A DNA stretch of 64,000 nt, taken from NCBI GenBank assembly GCA_051313645.2, contig JBNRSN020000002.1, forward strand, positions 348,874,001-348,938,000, written 5' to 3'. Both the position numbers and the translations under genes were made by a program. The DNA is from Centroscyllium fabricii (Eukaryota). The notes beneath the pieces are model-generated. The model saw only the letters and a program-made list of their open reading frames with translations, did not search any database and had not been told where the DNA came from. Below, in pieces: positions 37,140 to 48,517 of the stretch; the stretch's first letter is position 1, and the number at the start of each line of letters is the position of its first letter.

Positions 37140-38010
37140 AGGAACATAGGAACAGGAGTAGGTCATTCAGTCTCTGAAGACTTCTGCCATTCAGTTTGAT
37201 CATGGCTGATCTATATCTCAACTCCATTTGCCCACCTTGGCTCCATATCCCTAGATACCCTTACTCAGCAAAACTCTATCAATCTCAGCCTTGAAAATTT
37301 CAACTGTCCCACCATCCACAGACTTGTTGGGGAGTGAGTTCCAGATTTCCACTACCCCTTGCATGAAAAAGTGTTTCCGGATTTCAATTTTAAATGTCCC
37401 AGGTCTTATTTTAAGATTATGCCCTATTCTTCTTGATTTCCCCACCAAAGGAAATACTTTCCTGCTGCCTACCCTATCAAATCCAAAATCTAATTTTAAA
37501 CACCTCAATTAGATCACCCTTCAACCATCTAAACTCAAGGGAATACAAGCTAAGTTTATGCAGCCCACCCTCATAATTTAACCCTTTAAGCCCTGGTATT
37601 ATTCTGGTGAATCTGCACTTTACCCCCTCCAAGGCCAATATATCTTTCCTGAGGTAGTGTGCAAAACTGAATGCAGTACTCCAGCCAGGGTCTGTCCAAG
37701 GCTCTGTACAACGGAAGAATCACTTCCTCAGTTTTTTATTCCATCCCTCTTGAGATAAAGGCCAACATTCCATTAGCCCTTTTGACTACTTTTGTACCTG
37801 TGCATTAGCTTTTAGTGATTTGTGTACATGGATTCCTAAATCCCTTCACTTCTCCACAGCTCAGAGTCTCTCACCATTAAGAAAATATTCGAATTTATCT
37901 TTCTCAGATCCAAAGTGGATGATCTCACACTTACCCATAATTAACTCCATCTGCCTTATTTCTGCTCACTTAGTCTGACTATGTCCCTTTGTAATCTCTT
38001 GCGCCTATGT
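37140..38010 (-). mobile_element. CR1 3' fragment
   Basis: GHNLKIR and RKHFFMQGVVEIWNSLP motifs; tail taggaacatagga. Confidence 0.8.
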
Positions 38011-38175
38011 ATACAACTTCCAATATTTATGAGATATGGATAGTCACATTAAATTTGATTATCCCATTCGGAGAGAATCTCCCAGCTGGTGTGTGTCTCT
38101 GCTCATTTGATTTCTACATGTTGAGTATACACATCTAATGTATAAAATGTCACTTCCAAAAGGTAGATGATCATC

Positions 38176-39216
38176 ACTTGAATACGACCTGTTTAACTTG
38201 CACCTTGGGTAAAAGAATGAATAACAGACACAGCATTAACTGAGTAATATTGAACTTGGACTGGCATCTGCAATGTAAAACTTAAATGCGAGGTTTCCAT
38301 TAACCAGCACGAGTCTACCGCCACATCTGTTGCAATATAGTTGTGTGAGCAGAAGTGAAGGACTAGGAGAATGCTAAATGACTTAAGGCGGGTTATTTGC
38401 CAAGTTCACATAGGTAACAAAATCACTTAGTATTGTTTACACCTGTGCCAGTTAGAAGACAGCTAAGTCAGTTGCGATCGTCACATTAGAGGGTCCCGGA
38501 ACATAGAAACTAGGAGCAGGACATTCGGCCCTTCGAGCCTGCTCCGCCATTCAATGAGATCATGGTTGATCATCCAAACCCAGCACCCCGCCCCTGCCCT
38601 CTCCCCATATCCCTCTCGAGCCTGCATCGACACATATCCCACCCTATCCCCGTAACCCCACATATTTAATCCCCCTAACACTAAGGGTCAATTTATCATG
38701 GCCAATCAACCTAACCCGCACATCTTTGGACTGTGGAGGAAACCGGAGCACCCGGAGGAAACCCACGCAGACACGGGGAGAATGTGCAAACTCCACACAG
38801 ATAGTACCCGAGGCTGGATTTGAACCCGGGTCTCCAGTGCTGTGAGACAACAGTGCTAACCACTGTGCCACCGTGCCGCCCTAGACTCTCGCAGCTTGGC
38901 TTTGTACAATGAATAGATGGGCTCAAGTCAGGTTTCTCAGAAGAAGGGCCTGTTCCTTTGAAGTCCATTTGACAGACAGCTCTGTAGCCAAGGGATGATG
39001 ATTCTGTGGCTAAACACAACAGGATTCTCCTAGTCCTTCACGTCTGCTCACATATTGCAACAGATGTGGCAGTGGACTCATGTGCTCATTAGAGGAAACC
39101 TCACATTTAAGTTTTACATTGCAGATGCCAGTCCAAGTTCAATATTACTCAGTTAATGCTGTGTCTATTATTATTCTTTGTACCTGAGGTGCAAGTTAAA
39201 CAGGTTGTATTCAAGT
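38176..39216. repeat. Long inverted repeat: ~195-bp arms (38176-38372 and 39024-39216) around a ~650-bp spacer
   Basis: For example cagcattaactgagtaatattgaacttggactggcatctgcaatgtaaaacttaaatg versus catttaagttttacattgcagatgccagtccaagttcaatattactcagttaatgctg (exact reverse complement). Confidence 0.92.
38500..38881 (-). mobile_element. HE1/V-SINE with a CR1-derived replacement tail (second copy)
   Basis: Same head, V-domain and tail junction as 31589-31987. Confidence 0.85.
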
Positions 39217-39635
39217 AAAATCTGCTGTACTGCTTTTCCACTATCTACTTTTTACTTGATTTGTAGTTTACAGCCTAAGTTGCATTGTTTGATAAGTGTT
39301 TATTCTTCCACTATCTGAAGACCAATACACAGAGGATTTATGCCAATTCAGTGAACTAATTACAGTAACAAGGCTTTCTGTTTCACCCCAGGCCATGCTA
39401 CATTAGCAGATATTATGTGTATTGTAGGCAGCCACAGCTCTCAGTTCTTTGGTGATGGAAGTAAGAATTTGTTTTGGTAACATTTGACGTAAAGTTGGAT
39501 AATGTAATGTACTTATGTAACAATTGCCATCTGTACTGGGCAATGGATAGGTAGAGTTATTTAAAAATCCAGTCTTTCAACTGCCCTACTAGCTTCCAAT
39601 CCCCTGTACTGTACAGGTAGAGTCCATTACTACTA

Positions 39636-39742
39636 TTTCCTATATTACAATAGTGATTACACTTCAAAAAACTACTTTATTGGCTGTAGGGAGCTTTGGG
39701 ACATCCTGAGGTCGTGAAAGGAACTATATAAATCCAAGTCTA
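39636..39742 (+). mobile_element. DeuSINE/L2-type 3' tail fragment (similar minus-strand copy at ~19160-19295)
   Basis: cacttcaaaaa..tattggctgt..gctttgggacatcctgagg..tgaaagg..ctatataaat; family assignment from recalled consensus. Confidence 0.5.
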
Positions 39743-39884
39743 TTTATTCAATCAAAACTTTAGCTGTTATTTGAGTCACTATGTTGTTTCTCCTTGACAA
39801 CTTTTATAAAAGTTCAAACTGGATTCAAACACCAACCTGTACTACATCTTCAAACATCGAGTTCTAGATCTATTCCTTAGAAAA

Positions 39885-40645
39885 GGGGGGGTGACTTTGG
39901 CGGAAGTGCGGGGAATTGGTGGGTTTCGGGCGTGGCGGGTTCCTGTCCCGCCCGCCCGCCCAAGGGCCCGGGAAGCCCACGCAATTTTAATTTAATTGAG
40001 TTGTTAAATCCCCGCCGGTGGCAGCGGGTGGTAATTAACTCAATCGAGTCAGGCTGTGAGGAGCTTGATTGACAGTTCCAGCACTGGTTGTTGACAGTTC
40101 CCATGGAAACACTCCACTGTGACATCACAGTCGAGTGGAACCAATGGAAAAAGTCAAGTGCTGGTGACTGACAGGTGGGCGGGCGGGCTCCGAATCCTTG
40201 ACAGCTCGCACCGGCTGTGAGGAAATGTGCAAAGCTGAGATTTCTTCGTTTTTGCTCACAGCTGGTGCAGCCACCACAGAGTAATTTACTCCTCTAAGGT
40301 GCTGGAGACATGCCAAGCATTTGGCAGCACGTCCTTCACACCTTGAAGGAGAAAGTAATGACCAGCGCTGTGCTCCCACTGGGTTTCACCCAGCAGGGTT
40401 TAAGGTGACGGGGTTAGGGTGGGAAATGGCTCAAAATGGCTGAGGGCCCTGAAAATGGCATTAAACATGCCAATTAAGGGCCCTTAATGAGGTGACAACC
40501 CATCCCCGCTGGCCGCAAGGTTTCAGGGCGGGGAATCAGGGCGGGGGAAAATGATAAAGCGGTGGGGATCTGGCGGGTTCTTTTGTGCTATTTTGCCGGC
40601 CGAGCCGCCGAAAACCCCGCTTCACGGGGACATGAAATTCCCCCC
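39885..40645. mobile_element. Probable GC-rich MITE
   Basis: Sharp GC/CpG-rich block with GGGGGGTGACTTT / GAAATTCCCCCC imperfect ends and internal inverted ggcggg/cccgcc motifs. Confidence 0.5.
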
Positions 40646-40649
40646 TATG

Positions 40650-41335
40650 AGTCTACATGGGGTAGCGGCACTAAGTAATCTAGGGGTACAGATACACAAA
40701 TCATTAAAAGTAGCATCGTAGATAAACAAAGCACGGAGGTTTATTTCTAGAGAAATATAATTCAAAACCAGAAATGTTAAGCTTGCATAGAACCATGGTT
40801 AGACCACACTTAAAGTACTGTGCACAGTTCTGGTCTCCATATTACAAAGAATTAGAAGCACTGCAGAAGGTGTAAAAAAGATTTACAAGGATGATACCAG
40901 AACTGAGAGGGTACAAATATCTGGAAAGACAGGCTGGGCTCTTTTCTCCAGAAAAGAGAGACACTGAAGGTGACCTGATAAAAGGTCTTTAAAATTATAA
41001 AGGGGTTTGATAGGCTAGACGTAGAGAAAATGTTTCCACTTGTAGGGAGTCTAAAACACGGGGCCATGAATATAAGATAGTCACTAATAAATCCAATAGG
41101 GAATTAATGAGAAATGTCTGTACTCAGAGTGCGGTGAGAATGTGGAACCTGCTATCACATGGAGTGGTTGAGGCAGAAGCATAGATGCATTTAAAGGGAA
41201 GTTAGGTAAATACAAAAGTGAAAAACAAATAGAAAGATGTATTAATAGGAGGAGGCTCATGTTAAGCATAAACACCAGCATGGACCTGTTGGGCCGAATG
41301 ACCTGTTTGTGTTGCAAAGTGTTATGTAATTCTAT
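40650..41335 (+). mobile_element. CR1 3' fragment
   Basis: gttagaccacacttaaagtactgtgcacagttctggtctcca motif; tail gttatgtaattctatg. Confidence 0.75.
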
Positions 41336-41424
41336 GCATTACGTTGCAGTTTTGCCAGAGCAATGGCAAAACTTCTTTTCAGTTGTGGGAAGATTCTCAT
41401 TTGCATATGCTTAGAAATCAAATC

Positions 41425-42395
41425 CTAGAATGGTTACAGCACAGAAGGACGCCATTCAGCCAGTCGAGCCTGTGCCGGCTGTCTGCAAGAGCACTTCACA
41501 GCTAGTTCCACTCTCCTGCCCTTTCCCTGTAGCCCTGCAAATTCTTTCCCCTTCAGGTACTTATCCAACTCCCTTTTGAAAGCCACGATTGAATCAGCCT
41601 CCACAACCCTTTCAGGCAGTGCATTCTAGATCATAAACACTCGCTGCGTAAAAAAGTTTCTCCTCATGTCGCCTTTGGTTCCTCTGCCAATCACCTTAAA
41701 TCGGTGTCCCCTGGTTCACAACCATTCCACCAATGGGAGCAGTTTCTCTCTATCTACTCTGTCTGGACCCCTCATGATTTTGAACACCTCTATCAAATCT
41801 CCTCTCAACCTATTCTGCTCCAAGGAAAACATCCCCAGCTTCTCCAGTCTATCCACATAACTGAAGTCCCTCATCCCTAGAACCATTCTTGTAAATCTTT
41901 TCTGCAAATTTTGAAAGTGTGCCCTGTACACCCAAGTCCAAGTCATTAATATATATCAAGAAAAGCAGTGGTCCGACCCCTGGGGAACCCCACTGTCTAC
42001 CTTCCTCCAGTCCGAAAAACAACCGTTCACCACGACTCTCGGTTTCCTCTCACTTAGCCAATTCCGTATCCATGCTGCCTTGTCCCTTTTATCCCATGGG
42101 CTTCAACTCTGCTGACAAGCTTATTATGTGGCACTTTATCAAATGCCTTTTGGAAGTCCATGTACACCACATCAACCGTGTTGCCCTCATCAATCCTCTC
42201 TGTTACCTCATCAAAAACGCAATTTACCTTTAACAAACCCGTGCTGGCTTTCCTTAATTAATCCACACTTGTGCAAGTGACTTTTTGTCTTGGATTATCA
42301 TTTCTAAAAGCTTTCCCACCACTGAGATTAAACTGACTGGTCTGTAGTTGCTGGGTTTATCCTTGCACCCTTTTTGAACAAGTTGCAGTTCTCCA
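41425..42395 (-). mobile_element. CR1 fragment (internally deleted); related endonuclease-region fragment at ~44100-44600
   Basis: DVVYMDFQKAFDKVPH and RLRGDLIEVFKIM motifs. Confidence 0.8.
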
Positions 42396-44097
42396 GTTAC
42401 GGATGTTTAGTGTAAGGCCCATGCTCTCGTACGCTTTGATGAAGGTGTTGACGATGGTTTGGAGTTCATCCTCAGAGTGTGCGCAGACGCAAGTGTCGTC
42501 TGCATACTGTAATTCGATGAGAGGATGGGACGACTTTGGATCTGGAATGGTGGCGACGGAGGTTGAACAGTTTCCCGTTTGCCCTGTAGATTAGCTCTAC
42601 TCCAGCGGCGAGCTTACTGAGGGTGAGATGGAGCTCTGCAGCCAGGAAGATCGAGAAGAGCATTGGTTGGATGACACAGTCTTGCTTGACCTCGGTCCGT
42701 ACGTGAATTGGGTCTGTGGTGGATCCGTTGGTCAGAAGCACGGCAGGCATGTTGTCGTGAAGCAGGCAGAGGATGGTGACAAACTTTTGAGGGCAGCTGA
42801 ATTTGAGGAGAACACTCTATGATCCCTCATGGTTGACGGTGCCAAAGGCCTTTGTGAGGTCAAAGAAGGTCACGTACAGCGTTTGGTGCCGTTCCCTGCA
42901 TCTCTCTTGTAGTTGACGTGCGGTGAAGATCATGTTCATTGTGCCCCTTAGTGGGTGGAATCCTGCAACTCGGAGGAGCTCTTCAGCCACTGGGAGAAGG
43001 CGATTGAAGAGGATTCTTGCGATGACTTTCCCTGTGACAGACAGCAGGGAGACTCTTCTGTAATTACCGCAATTGGACTCGTCACCTTTCTTGAAGATGG
43101 TCATGATTGTGGCATCTCTGTTATCCCCTGGCATGCTCTCCTCTTTCCAAATAAGAGAAATGAGTTCATGTATTGGCACCAATAGTGCTTCTCCGCCATG
43201 TTTTAGCACCTCGGCGGGGATTCCATCTGCACCTGAAGCCTTCTTGTTCTTCAGTTGTCGGATGGCCTTTTCAGCCTGATGCTGGGCTGAGGTTGTGCTG
43301 AGGTGGTGGCGGGTAGCATGTTGCGGGGTGGAGTTGAGGACACTCGCGTTGAAGACAGAGTCTCAGTTAAGGAGATCTTTGAAGTGCTCCTTCCAGCGGG
43401 CACTGACTGCCTCTGTCCTTGATGAGTACCTCTCCGTTCTAGGCCTGCAGTAGGGTAGGACCTTGGGTGCTTGGGCTGTAGGTGGTCTTGAGTGCGCTAA
43501 AGAATCCACGCACGTCGTGGTTGTCGGCTAGCTGCTGGATCTCCTGCACGTTTTCCACCCACCATCTGTTCTTTAGGTCGCAAGTTTTTTGTTGGACCTC
43601 AGCCTTCAATCTGTAGAACTGCTTTCTTGCTCGAGTTCTGTTGCTGTTTCCAGATCAGGAATGTCTTGCGCTTGCAGCTCATTAGCTCCTGGATCTCCTG
43701 GTCGTTCTCGACGAACCAGTCTTGGTATTTCCTCGTCGAGTGACCGAGCGTCTCTTCACAGGTGCTGATTATGGAGGCCTTGAGGGCAGATCAGGCGCTG
43801 TGGACACTGTCTCTGAATCACTGGGAGTCATCAGGTTGGTTGTGAAGCTCAGGATGAATAGGGCTTTCTTAGCAGGGTCTTGAGTGCTGCAGCATTGATT
43901 TTCCTGCGACATTGCTTTTGTTGCCGCCGCTGTTTTGGGGCTGCGTTGATGGAGATGACAGAGTGGATTAGGCGGTGGTCTGTCCAGCAGTCATCAGCAC
44001 CTGTCATGGCGCAGGTGATACAGATGTCCTTGCGGTCCCTCGCTCGGACGATGACAGTCCAGCAGATGACAGTGCTGGAAGCGAGGGTGTTGCTACT
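42396..44097 (-). mobile_element. RTE-clade LINE fragment
   Basis: IWKEESMPGD.RDATIMTIFKKG, GNYRRVSLLSVTGKVIARIL, MIFTARQLQERCRE and FFDLTKAF motifs typical of RTE RT. Confidence 0.85.
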
Positions 44098-45141
44098 CTA
44101 CAGTTCTTGCACATCTCTGTAATTTCCCTGCAAATTTGCTCCTCTTAACCTTCCCACTAGTTGGTGGCCTATAGAATACACCTAGTACCACCTCTATTGT
44201 TTCTTAACTCTAACCAAATAGATTCTGCCCTTCAGCCCTCCAGGAGATCCTCTCCAGCACTGTAATATTCTCCTTAATCAATACTGTCACTCCACCTCCT
44301 TTCTTTCCTTCCCTATCCTTCCTGAATACCTTGTATCCAGGAATATTTAGTACCCATTCCTGCCGTTTCTGAGCCTGGTCTCAGTTATCGCCACAACATC
44401 ATATTAGCTTATGGCTATTTGTGCCTGCAACTCACTAACCTTGTTCACCACACTTTGTGCGTTTACACACATGCACTGTAAACCTATCTTAGTCTGATCC
44501 CACCTAATACTGTACTATTTCTTATTCTAGTGCTATCCGTCTCTCCCACTCCTTTGTGCACCTTGTTTCTCCTTTCTAATGCTACATCCTGGTGCCCACC
44601 CCCCTGCCAAAGTAGTTTAAATAAATGCAAGAACACATGACTTTTTATATTCCATTCAAACCTTGAAGCCAATTTCATCTGAAAACCATGGACAAGTTGC
44701 CTGGTCACAAGCTCTACTCTTCTGATTTAGCCTTCTCAGGGAGATGAATAACCACAAGTGGAACTTCCAAAACGATAAAGCTTTGCCAAGTTTCTCCCTG
44801 ACCCTAAATGTAGTCCAACAAAACTCCAGAAAATCCGTTCAACATTATAACCTATATTATTCAACTCCAACCAGCTGATGAGTACAAGTAACATTTCCAT
44901 GGCCCAAGCGGCAGTGCAGCGACTGCTCTTTGTACAGTATTCGTCATTTAGTGCTGCAGTGATTACCTTCAGACATATTCAGAGCTAAATCAGAATAGAA
45001 TTTATTTATGTTGATCTATTTATTTCACCATCTACTGCTCTGTGGGTATAAAAACATATTGGCCTGAATCCTCAGAGAGGCTCCCTTTCCACCACCACCG
45101 GAACTTCACCGGAAATGCAGCAGAAACCCTGATAACGCACG

Positions 45142-45414
45142 TGACGTAACGTCAATTGGTCTTAATAAAAGACTGGACGAGTAGCTACCGTAACTAAAGG
45201 CTTTTATTAACTTACTATGGAGCTACCCTCCGAACGAACATCAGAACAGAATGAGGGAGCCTTGGTCAGTCCTCACCTATAAAGGCCTCACCTGGGGGAG
45301 GAGTTAGAGGTGTGGCTGACCTGGCTCCACGACAGTATTACAGGGCTGTGTATCACACACAGCCAATTGTTGGCGACAATAATAGTGGTAATATATACAA
45401 TATGGGTTACCACA
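45142..45414 (-). repeat. 3' LTR
   Basis: Direct repeat of 49669-49941; I count 3 substitutions. Confidence 0.95.
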
Positions 45415-45434
45415 TTCACCCCTTCTTGAAAATT

Positions 45435-48400
45435 TTAAGTCCGGCAGGGTGAATGGACAGAGCAGTTCAATATGAGCCTGTCCGGCGGTCGTGTCAGCCT
45501 GGAGGACCGCCGGGGCTCCGATAAAAGTTCCTCGTGTTCCGTCTTGCTCGAGTCCGGTGGTGATGACAGCGGCTCTGGTGCCGTGATTTCAGATGCTGGT
45601 GGTCTCAAATGGTCCGAGCCATCAGAATGGTGGTCTTGGGCTGGCCACGGCTGGGGCTCTGGAAACCTCGGAGGCCATCGTAGATGTAGAAGGTGTTCTG
45701 GATACTGTGGCTGGGCGGGCTGCTGCCCGACCAGGGGCTCTGCTGCGGTGCTTCCTGCGGGCGCCAGGTCCCTGATGGATACGGTGTCCTCACGCCCTTC
45801 CGGGAACTGTACGTATGCATATTGCGGGTTCGCATGCAGGAGCTGCACCTTGTCCACCAGGGGGTCGGTCTTGTGGCCACGGACGTGTCTCCTAAGGAAG
45901 ACCGGCCCTGGTGTCGTGAGCCATGGAGGAAGAGCTGTCCCCGAAGTCGACTTCCTGGGGAACGAAAAAATCAAGTCATGAGGGGTGGCGTTAGTGGCCG
46001 TACACAGGAGAGAGCGTATAGAATGCAGCGCGTCTGGGAGGACTGCCTGCCAATGGGCCACTGGAAGGCCTCTGGACTTCAGAGCCAGGGTGACCGCCTT
46101 CCAGATGATCCCATTCTCCCTGGCCTTTCCCCCGGGGGTTATAACTGGTCGTTCTGCTCGTGGCAACCCCTTTCTGGAGCAGAAACTGACGCAGTTCATC
46201 GCTCATGAACGATGCCCCCCGGTCGCTATGGATGTAGCTGGGGAGACCGAAAATGGCGAACAGCGTGGTGAAGTGTTTTATCACCGTTGCGCTTGTCATA
46301 TCTGCGCAGGGGAAGGCGAAGGGGAAGCGGGAGAACTCATCTACGACCGTGAGGAAGTATGAGTTGCGGTCGGTGGTGGGGAGGGGGCCTTTGAAGTCCA
46401 CGCTGAGACGTTCAAAGGGGCGGGTGGCCTTGATGAGGTGCACAGTGTCTGGCCGGAAAAATTGGGGTTTGCACTCGGCGCAAACAGGGCACTCTCGGGT
46501 CATAGCCTTGATCTCCGTGATGGAGTAGGGGAGGCTACGGGATCTAACGAAGTGGGCGAGTCTGGTGACACCCGGGTGGCAAAGGTGGTCGTGGAGGTCC
46601 TTCAGCCGGTCTAGCTGGGCACTGGCGCACGTTCCCCTGGACAGTGCGTCCGGGGGTTCATCGAGTTTACCTGGTCGGTAAAGAATGTCGTACTCGTAAG
46701 TCGAGAGTTCGATCCGCCACCGCAGGATCTTATCATTCTTGATCTTACCCTTCTGTTTATTATTAAACAAACGCCACCGACCGCTGGTCGGTGAGAAGGG
46801 TAAAACGCTTACCGGCCAGGTAATGACGCCAGTAGCGCACGGCCTCCACGATGGCCTGGGCCTCCTTTTCCACTGCAGAGTGGCGAGTTTCGGGTCCCTG
46901 TAGGGTGCGGGAGAAAAACGCTACGGGCCTGCCTGCCTGATTCAGGGTGGCAGCAAGGGCAAAGTCCGAAGCGTCGCTCTCCACCTGGAAGGGAATGGAT
47001 TCATCAACAGCGAGCATGGTCGCCTTGATGATGTCTTCCTTTATCCGGGCGAATGCCGTTTGTGCTTCTACCGAAAGGGGGAAGACGGCAGCCTTGAGGA
47101 GTGGTCTAGCCTTGTCCGCGAACTGTGGGACCCATTGTGCGTAGTAGGAGAAAAATCCTAAGCATCTCAAGGCTTTGGGGTTGTGAGGTAGGGGCAGTTC
47201 TTGAAGGGGGCGCATAAGCTGTGGGTCGGGGCCGAGGACCCCGTTCTCCACCACGTATCCGAGGATGGCGAGCCGGTCTGTATTAAAGACACATTTGTCT
47301 TTGTTATACGTGAGGTCCAGCTTATCCGCCGTGTCAAGGAATTTGGCCAGATTGGCATCGTGGTCCTGCTGGTCGCGGCCGCAGATGGTCACGTTGTCCA
47401 GGTAAGGGAAAGTGGCCCGCAACTCGTTCTGGTCAACCATGCGGTCCATCTCCCGTTGGAACACTGACACTCCGTTGGTCACGCCGAAGGGGACCCGCAG
47501 GAAGTGGTAGAGCCGACCGTTTGCCTCGAAGGCGGTGTACGGGCGGTCGGCTTTCCGGATCGGGAGTTGGTGATACGCCGACTTAAGGTCGATCGTGGAG
47601 AACACCTTATATTGGGCGATCTGATTAACCATTTCCGAGATGCGGGGGAGGGGGTAGGCATCGAGCCCGGTGTAGCGGTTGATAGTCTGGCTGTAATCGA
47701 TAACCAGCCGCTGTTTCTCGCTAGACTTCACCAATACTACCTGGGCCCGCCAGGGGCTGGTGCTGGCTTCAATTATCCCCTCCTTCAGCATACGCCCGAC
47801 CTCCGACCTGATAAACGTGCGATCCCCCACACTGTACCGCCGACTCTTTGTAGCAATAGGTTTGCACTTGGGGTCGAGGTTGGTGAACAGTGAGGGGGGG
47901 TCGATTTTCAGGGTGGAGAGGCCGCAGGCTGGGCTCCGCTTTGGGAAGCGACTGTCCCGGCTACTGACGGTGAGGGGGGGCAAGGTCCCGCCGAACTCCA
48001 TTGTCACGCTCTTGAGGTGGCACTGGAAATCCAGACCTAGTAAGGCTGGGGCACACAACTGCTTGAGGGTGTACAATTTAAAATTACGGTACACGCACAC
48101 CTTGACTGTGAGCGTGACGGAGCAGTAGCCGGTGACGTCCGCGGTGTGGGACTGTGAAGCAAGGGAGACTTGGTAGCTCGTGGGCAGGATCTGCAGTCCG
48201 CAGCGCTGCACTGTATCGGGGTGCACAAAACTCTCCGTGCTTCCAGTGTCAAACAGGCAATCGATAATATGGCCGTTTATTTTAATTGGCATTATCGAAT
48301 TTGACAGGGTGTGTGGCCTATCCTGGTCCACTTTGGGTATGGCTGAGGCCGACGTGTGCTTTTGTGTGTGGGGGCCCCTTGCTGGTTGGGGCTGTACACA

Positions 48401-48517
48401 AAATGGCGGCGCCCCTGGCTCGCACATGGTGGGGCCCTGGGGACAAAATGGCGCCGCCGAGGGGTCGCACATGGCGGGCCGCTGGAGACAAGATGGCGGC
48501 GCCGGGGGGTCGCACAT
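45435..48517 (-). pseudogene. Pol (protease, RT, RNase H, integrase) broken by frameshifts at ~46768 and ~46122
   Basis: LFDTGS protease; PFGVTN and YLDN in RT; ESDASD RNase H; HDHLCH...CPVC, VDFKGP, VDEFSRF and IHSDRG in integrase, spread over ORFs 46763-48517, 45991-46770 and 45435-46199. Confidence 0.9.
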
